From the human T2T-CHM13v2.0 reference genome, Homo sapiens: a stretch of DNA of 64,000 nt. The notes under the pieces are model-generated. The model ran no database searches. It was given only the letters and a program-made list of their open reading frames with translations, and was not told the origin of the DNA. The stretch is from the NCBI RefSeq assembly GCF_009914755.1, contig NC_060934.1; one strand, given 5' to 3'. Below, piece after piece: positions 59,459 to 64,000 of this stretch. Both the position numbers and the translations under genes were made by a program. Positions within the stretch are counted from its first letter, which is position 1; each line of letters opens with the position of its first letter.

Positions 59459-62035
59459 CTGCCATGAAACATGAGAAAAGGGAAGAACGAACACAGAAAT
59501 AGCCTCAAATCAGAAGAATTATTTTAAAAAATAAAACAAAACAACAACCACCTTAGGTAAAACTAACTTGAGAGTAAACATCAAGTGGGATTCTTTCATT
59601 GATGTACATGTGGATTTTTGGGCCCATGTTTAAAAGCATATTAACTGGTCTTCAAGTTACAGTAAATTTATCTAAGCTCCAACCTCCTTCAATTCCTCTC
59701 CATTTATTTTGGCTTAGACATTCTTACAATATATAAAGGGTAAGAAAGCCAGTGAAGCCAACTGAGAGCCATCCTTGAGAATCTGTTGTTACAAATGCCC
59801 CATGAGTTCTTAAATATAAAAAATGTGGACTACCCAGTGGGTTGCTGAAAGATTCTTAAAACATTTTCATTTTGCTATGGAAACTGCACTAATGTGACAT
59901 GCAGTGAAAGGCCTGGAAATCTTGGCTCAAGATTTGTGATGTGTAGACACACCCTCAAGAGAGCACAAGATGTATTTCTCTGTTCAAAACGTATTCCCTT
60001 TAAACCCTACCAACATCAGTGTGAACCCCGGCTCTGGGTACGTGGGAGCCTCTTCCTCACTTCTGAGCTTTCCAAAGACAGTGACCCAGAGCACTGTCCT
60101 GACCTCCCACGTAGTGAATGCTGGGTTTAGGAGAAGAGCTTTAGAATTCTCTGGAAGTCTTACTAAAGGAAGAAAACAATAGCTCCTCTTGGCCAGAATG
60201 GGTGGAAGTATTTCACTAGTTGTTTTCATAAGCTTATCCAGAGAGTTTTCCATCAAGATGTTATCAGAGTGTTGTCGGTTTTTAAAAATCATTTTAGTCA
60301 CATGATTTGCAAACTCAAGCAATCCTGATACAGAAAAGACCCACATTCCACTCAGTCTGGCCTCATTAGCATTCCTCTCTTCATCTCCCAAACGACTTCA
60401 TCAGAGATGAAGTTAAAATGATTATTAGAAAACCTAAAAGCAACACTGGAGAGAGAGTACAAACTACTATAGCTACTGGGGTGGTTTCTGGGCAGCATCC
60501 TCAAGCTATGCTGTGAACTTTACATTCTTACGATAAAAGTCACAATAAGGATGATCATTTATGTTCTCATATTTTATAAAGGTAACTCATTTCCAAAGCA
60601 TCCATAGTTTCTCAAAAATCCCAGAGTCTAGAGCCCACAACCAGGTGACTACGCCTGTGTGTGACTATCCGGCTGATGGACTTCAGGACTCTGTGTGTCA
60701 AAAACAGAGCGCAAAACCACCCTAAGCTTGATGGGCGAATTCCTCTTTGGCTGTTCTTACCTTTATTTAATTATTCAGAGAAAAAGTGTTTTTTTTTCCC
60801 CCTCAACTTAAGTATGTTCACAATAATTGTGCATTCTAAAAGCACTGCATTTGTTCAGGGTCACAGGCAAGGGACAAGTTCCTAAAATATCCAAATGGTA
60901 AAATGTCTCCCTCTGATTGATGGATGCGAATTGAGGAGGAAAAGAAAAAACAAAAAACAAAGGAAAAATATCTCCTGTGCATACGTGTGGTTCATTCAGA
61001 GAATAAAGCAAACACACTAGGAAAATAAGAGCTGTAATTCCCAAGGCGGCAGGCAAAGGGATCTGAAAAAAGGCAGAGCGAATGGGTCTCGTTGATAATC
61101 ATTGCTCCAAAGCCAAGTCACCCCTTCACAAGTCACACATCAGTGACTAGACCCCATCAGTAAACTGGTCGTGCTGCTGCTGGGGATTGCATACATAGCT
61201 TCTGATGCCTGGTAATGGCAGATCGAGAAGAGATTACACTATGCACTAGAATCTGGCCTCCAAAATAAATCCAGGCCATTCTTTTCCCTGAGACAGTAAA
61301 TAGGGTGAAGTTAAACTCCAGTTTTTCCATGGGTACCACTAAGTTAGGTTAACCCAAGGCACTGGGATTCATTCAGTCTGATTATTGCACTGAAAAATAC
61401 TTCCTAGCCCGTGTGAAAAATAGGGCATCTGAACAGGACAGAGATTATGATCACAGTTTTACAACTGTGTACAGCGCTTTGCTTCTGAAACATAAAATAC
61501 TGCCATCTGGAGGTGTTCCGAGAATTGACTAATTTACCTGTCTTGGTTGGTTATTATTTTCCCCAAAGGTTTTATCTGACAAGCCATCAGCTTTTAGAGT
61601 CTATTCTGGTGAATTTGGATCCAGTAAATGAGAGACCAGTAAAATGTGCCAATGTAGAGCTGGGGTCAGAGTAGTGCATTATAGACTAAGCACCAAAACA
61701 GTCTGGTGAGGTCAGCAGATGCTGCACCTGGAACCTGATGAGTCGTTGTTTTCCCATCTGCATGATTTGACTTTTCTCTTGAATGCTTTTCTAAGAAGCT
61801 GACTAGTAAGGCCAAGGCTTACTTTGTCTAACACAAGCATTTGGAATAAAAACCACAGTACGTTTAAGGTAAGAGGGGAACCCTTTCCCTAGCCAAATGG
61901 CCTTTGAACTTAGTTTGCTATAAGGGAAAAAGTCAGTAAAAAGTAATTTCACCTAAACCCTAGCCCCAAGAATTAGTGACCACGAGCGTATGGCCTACAA
62001 ATGCAGCTGGCATCATGTTTTAATTGTGTCCTTAC

Positions 62036-62094
62036 CCGCAGCTTTTCCTCGGTCTTCGTAGATTGCTTACAGTCGGGATGCCAAACGGTGGAGC
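62036..62094 (-). CDS. ABLIM1: ABLIM1 exon, end of last LIM domain, (G)STVWHPDCKQSTKTEEKLR; 59 nt, phase 1-0
   Basis: ttctcag|GCTCCACC...CTGCGG|gtaagg; contains the LIM terminal HxxC motif. Confidence 0.96.
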
Positions 62095-63098
62095 CTGAGA
62101 AGACAGAATGCACTACTAAGAGCCAGGAAAATGGAAAGATACAAAGTCCTCTGAGACAGCACTTCTGAGAATGGCTCCTATCCCTCTTTCCCCATCATAG
62201 GAAGGTGTTATTGCTTTATGTCCAAGTGAATCATAACACAAAAATCAGACATGTCCAAAGCCTAAGTGAGTTTTCCTGATCTAGCCCAAGCTTGTTTGAT
62301 AAAGGTCATAATTCTAGACCACAGAGACCACCAACTGGGCATGAGTCTTTTGATGCAAGAGATATTTAGTTCTTAATCGTGTCTTGTTATTTTTAAACCT
62401 TATTATCATCCTTTAAAAGGAATGCCTGAGTGCTTACTACAAGCTGCATTTAATTTAAAAAATAATAGCTATTGTTTATATAACATCAAAACAACCAAGC
62501 AGTTTAGTTGACGGGAATAAAGTCAACCAGATAGTCTATGTCCAGAAGCAAGACTTACTGAATTTTTCATTGATTCAATTATACATAGTCACCTACAGAG
62601 AAATGAGAAACCAACTAGTAGAAAGGGTGAAAGTTAAATTATAAATCCAAAAATTGCCTTTGGCCTTCAATCTTTTAAGTAATTTTCTAAAAAGTCTTTG
62701 CTTTTAAACTAGTGAAGTAACTATTTAGGTGTTATTTTCTGTTCCTGAGTCAACAGTCTCACTTTCTCATATTATGAAGCACTTTAATGCGTGGTACCAG
62801 CATCACAGAATTAAACAAAACACTTATCTCCAATAGAAGCTCTTATAAGAATCCAATGCCTGCTCATATGATTTTGTATGACTAGATACATATCAAATAT
62901 GTCATTTATATGATTATGAGTAAGGCTGATATGTCCATGTAAGGACACATTCAAGTGTGGGGATGGACAGAACTTAAATGAGCACTTAAGAAGACTTAAG
63001 AAAATAAAGTTACTATGTTGAAAGCATAAATTACATAAATAAAATTCACAGTATGAATATCAGAGTTTCCACATTTCATGACTTAAATCTTTACCTCA

Positions 63099-63394
<296 letters not shown>

Positions 63395-64000
63395 AAAATC
63401 TTTATCTCTTTTAAGCAACAACCTGTGCATACTTGAAAAGTAACCAAATTAAAATAACTCATGAGTTATTTCACACCACTGAGCTTAACTAATATCAAAT
63501 TAATGGCAAGAAAAAATACATTTTATATCAGCATAATACTTTAATCCTTATTTAACAATCATTTTTTCCATCTTCTTAACCCAGGGCCAAAATAAACAAA
63601 CAAAAAAATCAAACAAAAAGCAGACAGACGTATAGGTCCCTTCAGCACTAACTCTGGCTCAAAGGCTAACTACAAAGCACAGGAAATCCTCTGAATGCAG
63701 AGGGCCCAGGGGTCAGGTGCAGGCTCAGGAGAAGCATTCGCCGTGAAGGTTCTGCTGAGCAGGAGTCACTGGCCAGGACACCGGGTCTGCGCACAATGGC
63801 ACTATTGTTCTCCAGAGGTCAGGCACACAAGGAATGTGACTCGGACAGAACATCAGATGCTGAAGAAGATGAAACTGCTCTTTCTTCAAAGATGTGCCAA
63901 GAGGGCACACAAAGGCTACGGAAGCACAACTCCAGAAGGTTTAGAGCAATCCCTGGAATTCCAAATGCAGCCTCAACAGATAGCCATTTATTTGTAGCCC

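Overview
Primate (human or near-human) genomic DNA carrying the 3' portion of ABLIM1 (actin-binding LIM protein 1) on the minus strand. I mapped 18 coding exons by hand from 62094 down to the TAA stop at 10320-10322. Their splice sites and phases join into one open frame running from the end of the last LIM domain, through the Ser/Pro-rich linker and coiled region, to the villin headpiece. They include 84-nt and 120-nt cassette exons, an obligatory 8-nt microexon, a GC-AG intron, a GAG acceptor and a 6-nt tandem acceptor. An Alu-free 3'UTR of about 5.1 kb follows, with two AATAAA signals, and positions 1 to about 5170 are intergenic. The rest is intronic, with about 32 Alu/FLAM copies (many with readable TSDs), two MaLR solo LTRs, DNA-transposon fossils, MIR/L2/L1 fragments, short tandem repeats and a strong CTCF motif. 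Nearly all supplied ORFs are spurious. I see no evidence of a wholly new biological system. The best leads are in RNA processing (hairpin-occluded poly(A) signal, dematin-like headpiece exon, candidate poison exon, Alu orientation pattern) and two miniature retroposition events. Protein and repeat identities come from my recall of these families, not from database searches.
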